From the sequence record DRR723986_4095: a stretch of 37,361 nt of DNA. One strand, 5' to 3'. The stretch's first letter is position 1; each line of letters opens with the position of its first letter. This document shows, one piece after another, positions 10,515 to 19,513 of the stretch. Below the pieces are notes generated by a model. It was not told the origin of the DNA. It searched no databases and saw nothing but the letters and a program-made list of their open reading frames with translations. A program made the position numbers and the translations under genes.

Positions 10515-10551
10515 CCTAATCATGTAAGGCTTGTTGTTTAGGGGAATTACG

Positions 10552-11769
10552 GTGCGAGAGTCTTGGAGATGGTTTGGCCCCGATGACCCCGTTACCATAG
10601 AAGATATTCGCCAAACCGGCGCAACAGATGTTGTGAGCGCCCTGCATACTATTCCCGTAGGCGAGATTTGGCCGGTGACGGCAATTCGTAAACATCAAGC
10701 ATTGATAGAAAATTGTGAGCCAGGCCTTGCGCCCCTAAAATGGACGGTGGTGGAGAGTATACCAGTTCATGAGGACATCAAGCTGGCCCGGCCTGGCCAT
10801 GAAAAATATGTGGCAAATTGGATAGCTTCGATGGAAAACCTGGCCCGGTGCGGGATTACAACCATCTGCTATAATTTTATGCCTGTGATCGATTGGACTC
10901 GCACAGACCTCAAATACAGGTTGCCCAGCGGTGCTTTTGCCTTGCGTTTTGATCAGAAAAAATTTGCAGCTTTCGATCTTTATATTCTCAAGCGCGAAAA
11001 TGCTGAGAGAGATTATAGCAACGCAGAAATTTTTGAAGCGAAACAGGTTTATAAGGCTTTAACAGCAATAGAACGAACGGAACTTACCAACAATATTATC
11101 GCGGGCCTTCCCGGCAAGATGACCGATAGTTATAGCTTGGAAGAGTTTCGGGCTATGCTGGATAACTATAAGGACGTTAACAGTGACACCTTGCGCCGCA
11201 ACCTGTTTGCCTTCTTATCGCAAGTGATACCTCACGCTGAAGCGCATGATGTTAAGCTGGCTATTCATCCAGATGATCCGCCGCGTGATTTGCTGGGTTT
11301 GCCTCGGGTTATTTGCACTGCAGACGATCTTGAAGTTTTATTTGAAGCACAGCCAAGCCCATCCAACGGCATCACCCTGTGTGTTGGCACATATGGTAGC
11401 CGCCCCGACAATGATTTACCCGCCATGGCCCGTCAATTCGGCTCCCGTATCCACTTTTCTCATCTGCGCGGTGTTAGCCGTGATTCTACTGAACAGCGCT
11501 CTTTCTATGAAGCAAACCATCTAGACAGTGATGTTGATATGGTTGGGGTAATCGGGGCGCTGTTGGCTGAAGAAGCAAAGCGCACAAGGGACGATGCTAA
11601 TCCATGCGAAATATACATTCGCCCTGATCATGGCCATCAAATGATGGGTGACATCGGTAAAGCCGTTAACCCGGGCTATTCCGGAATAGGGCGCATGAAA
11701 GGCCTGGCCGAAATACGCGGTGTCATAAGGGCGCTGACGGCGCAGAACGAGAGTCATCATCATGACTGA
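10552..11769 (+). CDS. uxuA: Mannonate dehydratase
   Basis: WRWFGPDDPV, ESIPVHEDIK, CYNFMPVIDWTRT, IHPDDPP, RPDHGH and PGYSGIGR motifs; GTG start at 10552 after AGGGGA. Confidence 0.95.
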   Translation: MRESWRWFGPDDPVTIEDIRQTGATDVVSALHTIPVGEIWPVTAIRKHQALIENCEPGLAPLKWTVVESIPVHEDIKLARPGHEKYVANWIASMENLARCGITTICYNFMPVIDWTRTDLKYRLPSGAFALRFDQKKFAAFDLYILKRENAERDYSNAEIFEAKQVYKALTAIERTELTNNIIAGLPGKMTDSYSLEEFRAMLDNYKDVNSDTLRRNLFAFLSQVIPHAEAHDVKLAIHPDDPPRDLLGLPRVICTADDLEVLFEAQPSPSNGITLCVGTYGSRPDNDLPAMARQFGSRIHFSHLRGVSRDSTEQRSFYEANHLDSDVDMVGVIGALLAEEAKRTRDDANPCEIYIRPDHGHQMMGDIGKAVNPGYSGIGRMKGLAEIRGVIRALTAQNESHHHD

Positions 11770-13042
11770 TGCGGCACAAGGCAAGGTAAGGGCTATCCAA
11801 CGTAAATTTGCAAAGACCCTAGCGTTATTTCTTCCAGGTATTTTCCTGCTAGGATTTAATATGGGAACCGGCAGTGTAACTGCTATGGCCAAGGCAGGGG
11901 CTGATTATGGCATGTCTCTATTATGGACAATAGTTGCATCCTGCCTGTGCACATACTTTTTGATCAATCTTTATGGTCGGTACACGTTGATTACCGGGGA
12001 AACGGCACTTGAGGCGTTCAAAAAACATATTCATCCGATAGTAGGCATCTTCTTTATCATCGCTTTGACGTTTGGCGTAGCAGGTAGTGTCATGGGGGTG
12101 ATGGGGATCGTCGCTGAAGTTTGCTATGAGTGGTCAAAGACAGTTGTGCATGGGGGTATTGCGCCAATTTATTTTGCGATAACTTTTGTTGCGTTGGTTT
12201 ATTTTATATTTTGGAATGGGAAAACTCAATTTTTTGAACGCAGCCTTGCTGTGATTGTTGCCGTTATGGCTGCGAGTTTTTTGATTAATTTTTTCATCAT
12301 GATGCCGCCACCAATTGATATTATTATGGGGTTGATCCCAAGCCTGCCAACAGTAGCTGTGGACGTAAATGAAAGTTCGCTTCTGGTCATAGCGTCCATG
12401 GTGGGAACTACGGTTTTTTCCGGGCTTTTCATAATACGCACAACGCTTGTTAAAGAAGCGGGGTGGACGCTTGCTGATGAGAAAACCCAGCGAAATGACG
12501 CCGTTGTTTCAGTAGGGCTAATGTTTGTCATAAGTGCCGCCGTTATGGCCGCCGCAGCCGGCACTTTATTTACTGAGGGCATAAGGCTGTCAAACGCTTC
12601 GCAGATGATAACCATATTGGAACCGCTGGCGGGGCCTCTTGCCGCTTCAATTTTTGCCGTCGGTATCGTTGCCGCAGGTGTGTCATCGCAATTTCCGAAT
12701 ATACTGATGCTACCTTGGCTCTTATGCGATTACACTGGTGCGAAACGTACCATGACGATCCCTAAATACCGGATAATGGTTTTTCTGATTTCCTTGCTTG
12801 GTCTGGTGGTGCCTATCTTTGACGCGAGGCCAGTGTTGGTTATGATTGTCTCACAAGCTTTTGGCGCTGTAATTTTACCCGTTACGGTTGCTTGCATTTT
12901 TTATATCAGCAACCGAAAAGATTTGATGGGAAAACATAAAAGTACATTGACCTCAAACATGATTCTCGGGCTAATCTTAGCCTTCTCTCTCTTTACGTCG
13001 TTTGTCGGTGTGAAGGGGGTTTGGCAGCTAATTTTTGCTTAA
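11762..13042 (+). CDS. NRAMP/MntH-like family transporter, atypical
   Basis: AGADYGMSLLW and ITGET motifs with about 11 TM segments. It has MGTGS where metal-transporting NRAMPs have DPGN. Overlaps uxuA. Confidence 0.75.
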   Translation: MTDAAQGKVRAIQRKFAKTLALFLPGIFLLGFNMGTGSVTAMAKAGADYGMSLLWTIVASCLCTYFLINLYGRYTLITGETALEAFKKHIHPIVGIFFIIALTFGVAGSVMGVMGIVAEVCYEWSKTVVHGGIAPIYFAITFVALVYFIFWNGKTQFFERSLAVIVAVMAASFLINFFIMMPPPIDIIMGLIPSLPTVAVDVNESSLLVIASMVGTTVFSGLFIIRTTLVKEAGWTLADEKTQRNDAVVSVGLMFVISAAVMAAAAGTLFTEGIRLSNASQMITILEPLAGPLAASIFAVGIVAAGVSSQFPNILMLPWLLCDYTGAKRTMTIPKYRIMVFLISLLGLVVPIFDARPVLVMIVSQAFGAVILPVTVACIFYISNRKDLMGKHKSTLTSNMILGLILAFSLFTSFVGVKGVWQLIFA

Positions 13043-13141
13043 ATAAGGCCTCATTTAGCCATTAAAGCCAGACCGATTGGGTTGACATAGAATTAATATG
13101 TGATGCCTTTTACTGATACCGCTAACTTGGATTGATAGCAC

Positions 13142-15949
13142 ATGCCTAATAATGAAACAGTTTCCACTACCACAACCAAAATGGCAGATTGGCAAGCCCA
13201 TTTGGACAGCGCATGGTCTCTTTTTCATGAACTTGTGGATGACCATGAAAAGATAGCGGAGATTGATGCGCAGCTCGATGTAACCGCTGCAGACGTATTG
13301 CAGGAACGCGTGGACGGTCTCATCACTTATGTCAGTGATGTTGATGTTGAGACCAATGTTACCCGTCTTAAGGATATCATTAGAAAGTTGGCGTTTGACC
13401 GAGGAACACTAATTTCAAAGGACATGTTTGCTGATCGTCTATCAAGTGAATTGACGGGCCTTGTGATGACCGCGCATCCCACTTTTGCCCTTTCTAAAAA
13501 GGCATGGGATCAAGCAAAACAGCGGTTAGAGCAAAAGATAGATAATAACGTGGAAGCTGAGGCCCTTTGTCCACTTTCCCTTTTGCCTGAGGCCTCCCCA
13601 ACCCTTCAGGATGAACTGGCTTATGCCAATGATGCCATACGTTGTATAAGGCAGGCGCTGAGAGAGATTTGGCGTGTAGTGATCGAAGTGGGATATGATC
13701 TATACCCGGACGGCTGGCGTACGTTCACACCAAAATTGGTGACGATTGCAAGTTGGGTTGGCTTTGACCTGGATGGGCGTACGGATATTGGTTGGTCACA
13801 AAGCTTACATTTCCGCTATATTACAACCCTGACAGGTTTAAGAGAACTTGAAACGTTTTGGCAAAACATTATCGCCGGTGCAGGCAACAGTTCACACAGT
13901 GATCTTATTGCAATTCAGAATGCCTTAGGTGCGTTGAAAGAAACTTATGGTCTTGGTCTTGATCAACTGAAAATTGCTGACGCTAATGGCCAATACGGCA
14001 ACTTTAACCGTATTGCAGTAAATGCTCGCCCCATGAAGGAGGAAGCGCGCCGGACGATTTCTGAAAGCCTTGGTGTTATAATGAATAGCCAGCTTTCGTC
14101 GGATGTGCTGAAGGAGGTGGCTGTTTTCCGATCAGAATGGTCTACCATTGGTCTCGGGCTTTCTCATATTCATTTTAGACTGAATGCTGCGCAGCTTCAT
14201 AATGCGATCAGGCCATTGATCAACTTACAGGACGCGCCAGACAGAAGTGCATCTCGCCGTCATTACCTTGATACAGTTGCAGGGCTTTTGGGCAGTGTTG
14301 AGGCAGAGACTATTCATTATGGAAGCTTGTCAGAGGAACTAACAACTGCGCGGCGTGTTTTCATGTTGGCGGCTCAGTTTAGAAAGCATTTTGATGATAA
14401 TAGTGCACTTAGAATGTTGGTGGCGGAATCAGATACGCCTTTCACCCTTCTTGTGGCACTGTATTACGCTAAATTGTTTGGCGTAGATGATTATGTCGAG
14501 ATATCACCGCTTTTTGAGACAGCTATTGGCCTGCAACGTGGTGACAGGGTAATTGCTGAATTACTCGATAATCCACATTTTCTTGCTTATGTGAAAAAGC
14601 AAAGGCGCTTCTGTGTGCAGCTCGGCTTTTCTGATTCCGGTCGATATGTTGGCCAAGTGGCAGCATCGTTAGCTATTGAACGTTTTAAACTACGACTGGT
14701 AAGGCTGTGGAAAGAGCGTGGCCTTGAGGGTATCAATCTTGTATTTTTTGATACGCACGGCGAATCTATCGGGCGCGGTGCAAACCCCGAAGGTATGTGT
14801 GAAAGATTCCTCTACACTCACACGCCGGAAGTTCGGAAAAGATTAGACGCTATTGATAACGTCTATAAGCATGAAGTGAGCTTTCAGGGCGGTGATGGTT
14901 ACATGCGCTTCCTTCACCCAAACCTTGCCGTTGCGACAATGACTGATCTAATAACGGTGCGATTGGCTTCCTACGCTGGAGAAAGCGATGCGCTTTATTC
15001 AAACGCTGATTGGTCGCTTGATTTTTTCCTAACGTTGACAGAGGCACAGGAAAAGCTGGCGGCAGAAGATGGGTATGTGCGTCTTATCGATTCCATTGGT
15101 CAGGCGATGCTGTATTCAACAGGTTCGCGCGCAACAAAACGCCAAACTGGTGGCAGGTCGGGGTCTCAACTTTCTCATATTGGTCAGATCAGGGCTATTC
15201 CCAACAACGCTGTATTGCAACAAGTTGGCTATATGGCCAATAGTGTTTTCGGGCTGGGGCTTGCGGCTAATCGCAATCCCAGACGCTTTCGGGAGGTGAT
15301 AGAGGCTTCACCGCGCCTGAAAGGTTTGACCACGATGACACTGGGCGCGCTTGCAGTATCTGACCTGAGTATTCTGGGCGCTTATCTGTCTTGCTTGTCG
15401 CCGTCTTACCTGTTGGACCGCTGTGAAGTTGAGGTGCCTTCCAAGAAACGAAGCCGTATGCTCAGGCTGGCTAAATCACTTGAAGGGGTATTTGACGGCA
15501 ATGCAATGCGGGCAATGCATCGGTCTTTCCGGCATGACGCTTTTTTACTGCAGGATATGCTCGCAGTTGCAGGTATCAAGCGGAAGCCTGTTGATCCCAT
15601 CATAACTGAATTACATATAACGCGCATGGCATTGATCCACTTCATTCACGCAAAAGCCATGCAGGTGCCCCAGTTCTCAACGCGGCAAGATGTATCGCTG
15701 GAAGAGTTTATTGACGCTCTTCTGCATTTGAATGTTGATGAAGCCGTTGCAGATCTCAGGGAGATATTTCCAGTTAGCGAAGCGCATGATGACAATGAAG
15801 ACTTTGGTGAGACCGCCAGCTTTAGCGAAGCAAATTCCAGTGGCTATGAGAAATTACACGCCGACATTTTCGATAACATTGATCATGCATTCTTATTGAT
15901 ACGCAAGATCAGCAGCATCCTAGCTACGAAAATTGGTGCCGTTGGATAG
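13142..15949 (+). CDS. ppc: Phosphoenolpyruvate carboxylase family protein, divergent
   Basis: TAHPT, SWVGFDLDG, PLFET, GFSDS, SIGRG and RAIP motifs in PEPC order; 935 aa. Several canonical residues differ. Confidence 0.75.
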   Translation: MPNNETVSTTTTKMADWQAHLDSAWSLFHELVDDHEKIAEIDAQLDVTAADVLQERVDGLITYVSDVDVETNVTRLKDIIRKLAFDRGTLISKDMFADRLSSELTGLVMTAHPTFALSKKAWDQAKQRLEQKIDNNVEAEALCPLSLLPEASPTLQDELAYANDAIRCIRQALREIWRVVIEVGYDLYPDGWRTFTPKLVTIASWVGFDLDGRTDIGWSQSLHFRYITTLTGLRELETFWQNIIAGAGNSSHSDLIAIQNALGALKETYGLGLDQLKIADANGQYGNFNRIAVNARPMKEEARRTISESLGVIMNSQLSSDVLKEVAVFRSEWSTIGLGLSHIHFRLNAAQLHNAIRPLINLQDAPDRSASRRHYLDTVAGLLGSVEAETIHYGSLSEELTTARRVFMLAAQFRKHFDDNSALRMLVAESDTPFTLLVALYYAKLFGVDDYVEISPLFETAIGLQRGDRVIAELLDNPHFLAYVKKQRRFCVQLGFSDSGRYVGQVAASLAIERFKLRLVRLWKERGLEGINLVFFDTHGESIGRGANPEGMCERFLYTHTPEVRKRLDAIDNVYKHEVSFQGGDGYMRFLHPNLAVATMTDLITVRLASYAGESDALYSNADWSLDFFLTLTEAQEKLAAEDGYVRLIDSIGQAMLYSTGSRATKRQTGGRSGSQLSHIGQIRAIPNNAVLQQVGYMANSVFGLGLAANRNPRRFREVIEASPRLKGLTTMTLGALAVSDLSILGAYLSCLSPSYLLDRCEVEVPSKKRSRMLRLAKSLEGVFDGNAMRAMHRSFRHDAFLLQDMLAVAGIKRKPVDPIITELHITRMALIHFIHAKAMQVPQFSTRQDVSLEEFIDALLHLNVDEAVADLREIFPVSEAHDDNEDFGETASFSEANSSGYEKLHADIFDNIDHAFLLIRKISSILATKIGAVG

Positions 15950-16272
15950 TCCTTGCGCATTGTTCAAATGCCTATTGGGCCATCTAGTCTTCGGTGATGA
16001 TGTGTTTGCGGTTTCCTCTTTTAAGCATACGAAGCGCTGTGGCATTACTCGCAGAATCTTGAGCCAGTCTTTTCGCTCTAGGCAATACCGGCATGGTCAT
16101 CAACATGAAAACTGATTCCCTATCAGGGGTGTGGTAATCATCGCCCGTAGAATAATCCTGGGCACTTTTTAAAAACTTTCATCAGGCCGCCTTATGCTAA
16201 ACGAGCTATCTGTATACGCTAGGTCACACAGCTAGACTGTGCATTGCCTTCACAGTTCTCCTTGGTTGGTTT

Positions 16273-17361
16273 TCAGCTTTGCGGGCTTTTTATTATTTTC
16301 CACAGGCCAATAGTTGCCAGTGGCATGATAAGCACCGCAATGAAAGCTAAGGTTAACATGCCGTATCCGCTGGCGATCAAGCCAACAATGCCAAATGCGT
16401 GCCCGGCATAAATGGCAATAGCAAGAAAGGATACCGACACTATGGGTCGGGCAATGCGGGGCAATGGTTTGTCGCGTTCGGCAAATGATGTTGCCAGTCG
16501 CTGGTTCACTGCATGAAGCATCGCCGCCCCTGTTTCAACGAAGGTGCCGAATATGACAACCTGAAACACCAGCTCCAGCCACCGGATATCCAGCGCCGCC
16601 ATTAGAAAGCTTGCGGGAACCGGCTGATCACCAATTTGAGGATATTGGCCCATCATGGCAATGAAAAATAGCATGGCAGGGATGACAGCAATCGCCCCGG
16701 CAATCAGGCCGGCTCCAACGGTTTCGCGTCTTCTTGTATGCTCGATTAACACAAATAACACGGTGGGCATTACCGCTAGATTATAGCCAGAATATAGAAT
16801 GCCACTTGAGATCCAACCACTGCCAGCGGAGGCTTGGCTGATGGTGTCGGTGATGTCTGAACCAAAAGCCTTAAAGGCAAGCACAAACAGTAGAAGGTAA
16901 ACTGCATAAAGCAGAATGGACCAACCGGCTAGAACGCGCTTAATAGCGTGCGACCCATTGAAAGTTAAAACCGCGATTAACGCCATGAGCGCCAGCGTTC
17001 CTGTAAGGGGCGGCAGTCCAAATACCGCGGACGTTAGCTCGCCCGCTGCGGCGCCAATAACAGCCAATACCAAAAGCAATTGAATGAAATAGCAAATTTC
17101 AAATACAAACCAACCGCGACCTAAAAAGGTTTGGCAGAACGTACGGTAGTCGTATGCTTTGCTAATGCGCGCCAATTCAAAGCTTAGAGCCAGTACCAGC
17201 CCAAAAACTGTGCCTGCAACCAATAAACCTAAAAGGCCGCCGAGAGGTCCATTGCCAAAGAAAAATTCAATCAGCTCGCGGCCGGTTGCGTAGCCACCGC
17301 CGATGACGACAGACTGGAAGATAAATCCGGGTAAAAGATATATTTTAAAAAAGCGGATGAT
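16273..17361 (-). CDS. YkvI-like integral membrane protein (probable amino acid/peptide transporter)
   Basis: The frame extends upstream of the track's TTG (17223) and encodes YLLPGFIFQSVVIGGGYATGRELIEFF. It has about 10 TM segments and YDYRTF. The start is inferred at ATC 17361 (or 17358) after AGGA. Confidence 0.8.
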   Translation of the reverse strand: MIRFFKIYLLPGFIFQSVVIGGGYATGRELIEFFFGNGPLGGLLGLLVAGTVFGLVLALSFELARISKAYDYRTFCQTFLGRGWFVFEICYFIQLLLVLAVIGAAAGELTSAVFGLPPLTGTLALMALIAVLTFNGSHAIKRVLAGWSILLYAVYLLLFVLAFKAFGSDITDTISQASAGSGWISSGILYSGYNLAVMPTVLFVLIEHTRRRETVGAGLIAGAIAVIPAMLFFIAMMGQYPQIGDQPVPASFLMAALDIRWLELVFQVVIFGTFVETGAAMLHAVNQRLATSFAERDKPLPRIARPIVSVSFLAIAIYAGHAFGIVGLIASGYGMLTLAFIAVLIMPLATIGLWKIIKSPQS

Positions 17362-17522
17362 GTGTTTCCTATTGGTGTAATCGGTGCGCCCTAGCGATTA
17401 ATGCTGAATTAGGCATCACATTTATCTTTAGTGCGTTTTCCACTACCATCCTCTTTAGTCGTCTCATCTTTTGATGCGGGTGCTTTCTGTGGATATAATA
17501 TTAATCCAGCTTAATTAAAAAA

Positions 17523-17536
17523 TAAAGCAGATTAAT
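17523..17536. promoter_or_regulatory. Candidate operator TAAAGCAGATTAAT upstream of the OCD-family gene
   Basis: 13/14 identical to 19426-19439. Confidence 0.45.
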
Positions 17537-17546
17537 TGGAGGGCTT

Positions 17547-18533
17547 ATGAGCAGTATCAAGATAGTAGACAGCGAGCTCGTTCATCAGTTGCTACCCATG
17601 GCGGCTTGTATTGACGCTATGATGGAAGCAATGAAGGCTGTTTCGGATAATAAGGTTTCGAACCCGCCGCGCGTTTTCTCATCCATAAGCAATAGCGACG
17701 GTCTTTTTGGTTTAATGCCGGGTTCGGCAGATGACCTGCCGGTTTTTGGCGCCAAGATGTTAAGTTTGATGCCGGGCAATAGTACAAGAGGGTTTCCAGC
17801 CATTCAGGGCGCGGTGCTGCTTTTTGATCGAGACAACGGGGCGCCGTTAGCCGTGATTGATGGCACATCTATAACGGCTATTCGAACAGCGGCAGCCTCT
17901 GGTCTGGCGACCAAACTTTTGGCGAGGCAAAATGTTTGCAGCCACGGCATAGTCGGTACTGGCGTGCAGGCGCGGTATCATGCTGAAGCTATATTGAGTG
18001 CACGGCCCACAATTTCCCAAACATTTATATGGGGGCGTGATCGGGAAAAAGCGCAAAAACTGGCAGATGATTTATCGGAAGAGCTACCTGGTCACTTCCT
18101 GGTAGCAGAATCTCTTGAAACGGCGATGCGGTGCGATGTTATATCAACGGTAACGGGATCCGCCGTGCCACTTCTTGAGGGGCGACGGTTAGAGACGGGC
18201 GCACATATCAACCTGGTGGGCTCGCACGAACCGAGTAAACGGGAGGCGGATACCGATGCCATTACCTCCAGCGCAGTTTATGTCGACCACCTGAAAGGGG
18301 CGCTGGCAGAGGCAGGCGATTTGCTCATACCCATAAATGAAGGGCATTTTAACGCGAGTGCTATTGTCGGCGAAATTGGCGCTTTAGCGCTTGGTCAAAT
18401 TGCGGGTCGCACATCAAATAAAGAGATTACGCTCTATAAGTCGCTTGGTTTATTTACACAGGACCTATACGCCGCTTGGACCGTTTGGCAGGCGGCTGAA
18501 GCTTTAGGCTTGGGTGAGAGTAGTTCACTTTGA
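17547..18533 (+). CDS. Ornithine cyclodeaminase / mu-crystallin family protein
   Basis: ITAIRTAAASGLAT, GTGVQA, HINLVGS, EAGDL and TLYKSLG motifs; RBS GGAGG. Confidence 0.92.
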   Translation: MSSIKIVDSELVHQLLPMAACIDAMMEAMKAVSDNKVSNPPRVFSSISNSDGLFGLMPGSADDLPVFGAKMLSLMPGNSTRGFPAIQGAVLLFDRDNGAPLAVIDGTSITAIRTAAASGLATKLLARQNVCSHGIVGTGVQARYHAEAILSARPTISQTFIWGRDREKAQKLADDLSEELPGHFLVAESLETAMRCDVISTVTGSAVPLLEGRRLETGAHINLVGSHEPSKREADTDAITSSAVYVDHLKGALAEAGDLLIPINEGHFNASAIVGEIGALALGQIAGRTSNKEITLYKSLGLFTQDLYAAWTVWQAAEALGLGESSSL

Positions 18534-18583
18534 ACCTGGTTTGCCTTCACTTAATTTCTAAATTCACCGAATAAAATAGGCCG

Positions 18584-19264
18584 CTATATTTTTAGGTCTT
18601 GCGTGTAAAATTGAGGGTGGGAAAAGACAGTTGTCATCACACGCTCTTCGGTTTGCGCAATCATATCGGATACCATTTTCTTAATTTTTGCAGGCTCTTG
18701 GTTTTTGATAACATCAGAAGTTGATGCTTGCTGTTCCGCAGAATAGGGCAGAGTTTTATTGGTTTTAACATAGAGCCAATAAATACGCATAGCTGTATCT
18801 TCCAATTGGTTGATCCAGTCCAGCATCAATGGGTAGCCAGATTGTTCGCACAAGAGAAGATTCAATTGTTTATTATGCTGCAGGAAATTTAAGGCGGCAT
18901 CATCATCTTTTACAGGCAAAAGCTTTTGAATATCTTGATTCACTTGTTCCACAGCATCAAAATCTGTTTTAGCCGCTGCGAGTGCCATAATTTCAGGCAG
19001 CAACATCTTACGAAGCGTGAAGTTTTGTTTAATTTCCAGCAGGGTTAACGGAGCAACTTGTGTAACCCGCGGGGAAATTGACACCAGGAATTGTTTGGCG
19101 ATCAGGCGTTCTATCAAATTTCTTGAAATGGCCCGGCTTATACCGAACATCTCGCTGATAATATTCTCTGAAACTTTCTGGCTCGGTGCAAGCTTTTGCG
19201 TGACGATGGCATTGATTACAATTCTGTAGGCGTCTGCCGTGTCGTCATTTGTTTTTTTCTGCAC
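18584..19264 (-). CDS. GntR-family transcriptional regulator, divergent
   Basis: LAPSQKVSENIISEMFGISRAISRN wHTH plus an FCD-like helical domain; GTG start at 19264 after GGAG. Confidence 0.82.
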   Translation of the reverse strand: MQKKTNDDTADAYRIVINAIVTQKLAPSQKVSENIISEMFGISRAISRNLIERLIAKQFLVSISPRVTQVAPLTLLEIKQNFTLRKMLLPEIMALAAAKTDFDAVEQVNQDIQKLLPVKDDDAALNFLQHNKQLNLLLCEQSGYPLMLDWINQLEDTAMRIYWLYVKTNKTLPYSAEQQASTSDVIKNQEPAKIKKMVSDMIAQTEERVMTTVFSHPQFYTQDLKI

Positions 19265-19425
19265 CGCAAAACTCCACTTCAATCGTATTTCTCCCAGTAT
19301 TTAAACAGAATAAGCCTCACAAGCAAGAATTCTTCCTGCAAAAACTTGACATTAAGTCTGCGGTATAATCAATTTAACATTCTAAAAATTAAATAAGACT
19401 GTACAAATATACATAGAAGACATAT

Positions 19426-19439
19426 TAAAGCAGAATAAT
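19426..19439. promoter_or_regulatory. Candidate operator TAAAGCAGAATAAT between gntR and the TonB receptor
   Basis: 13/14 identical to 17523-17536; related copy TTAAACAGAATAA at 19301-19313. Confidence 0.45.
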
Positions 19440-19513
19440 AAATTCAAGCCGCTTAATCGGTTTGTAAACGCAGCGGTATTCGATGAGCATTTTAAGATTT
19501 CTGGGAGGAATCC

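Noticed and set aside
15933..16115. 60-aa plus-strand ORF overlapping the ppc end
   Set aside because: TTG start, no clear RBS, no recognisable motif
15996..17367. 12-bp direct repeat GATGATGTGTTT (15996-16007 and 17356-17367) flanking the YkvI-like gene
   Set aside because: Repeated 12-mers are expected by chance in 37 kb, and there is no transposase or integrase nearby.
19346..19369. Perfect TTGACA and TATAAT hexamers upstream of the second TonB receptor
   Set aside because: The spacer is only 12 nt, so they cannot form one sigma70 promoter. Each may belong to a separate element.
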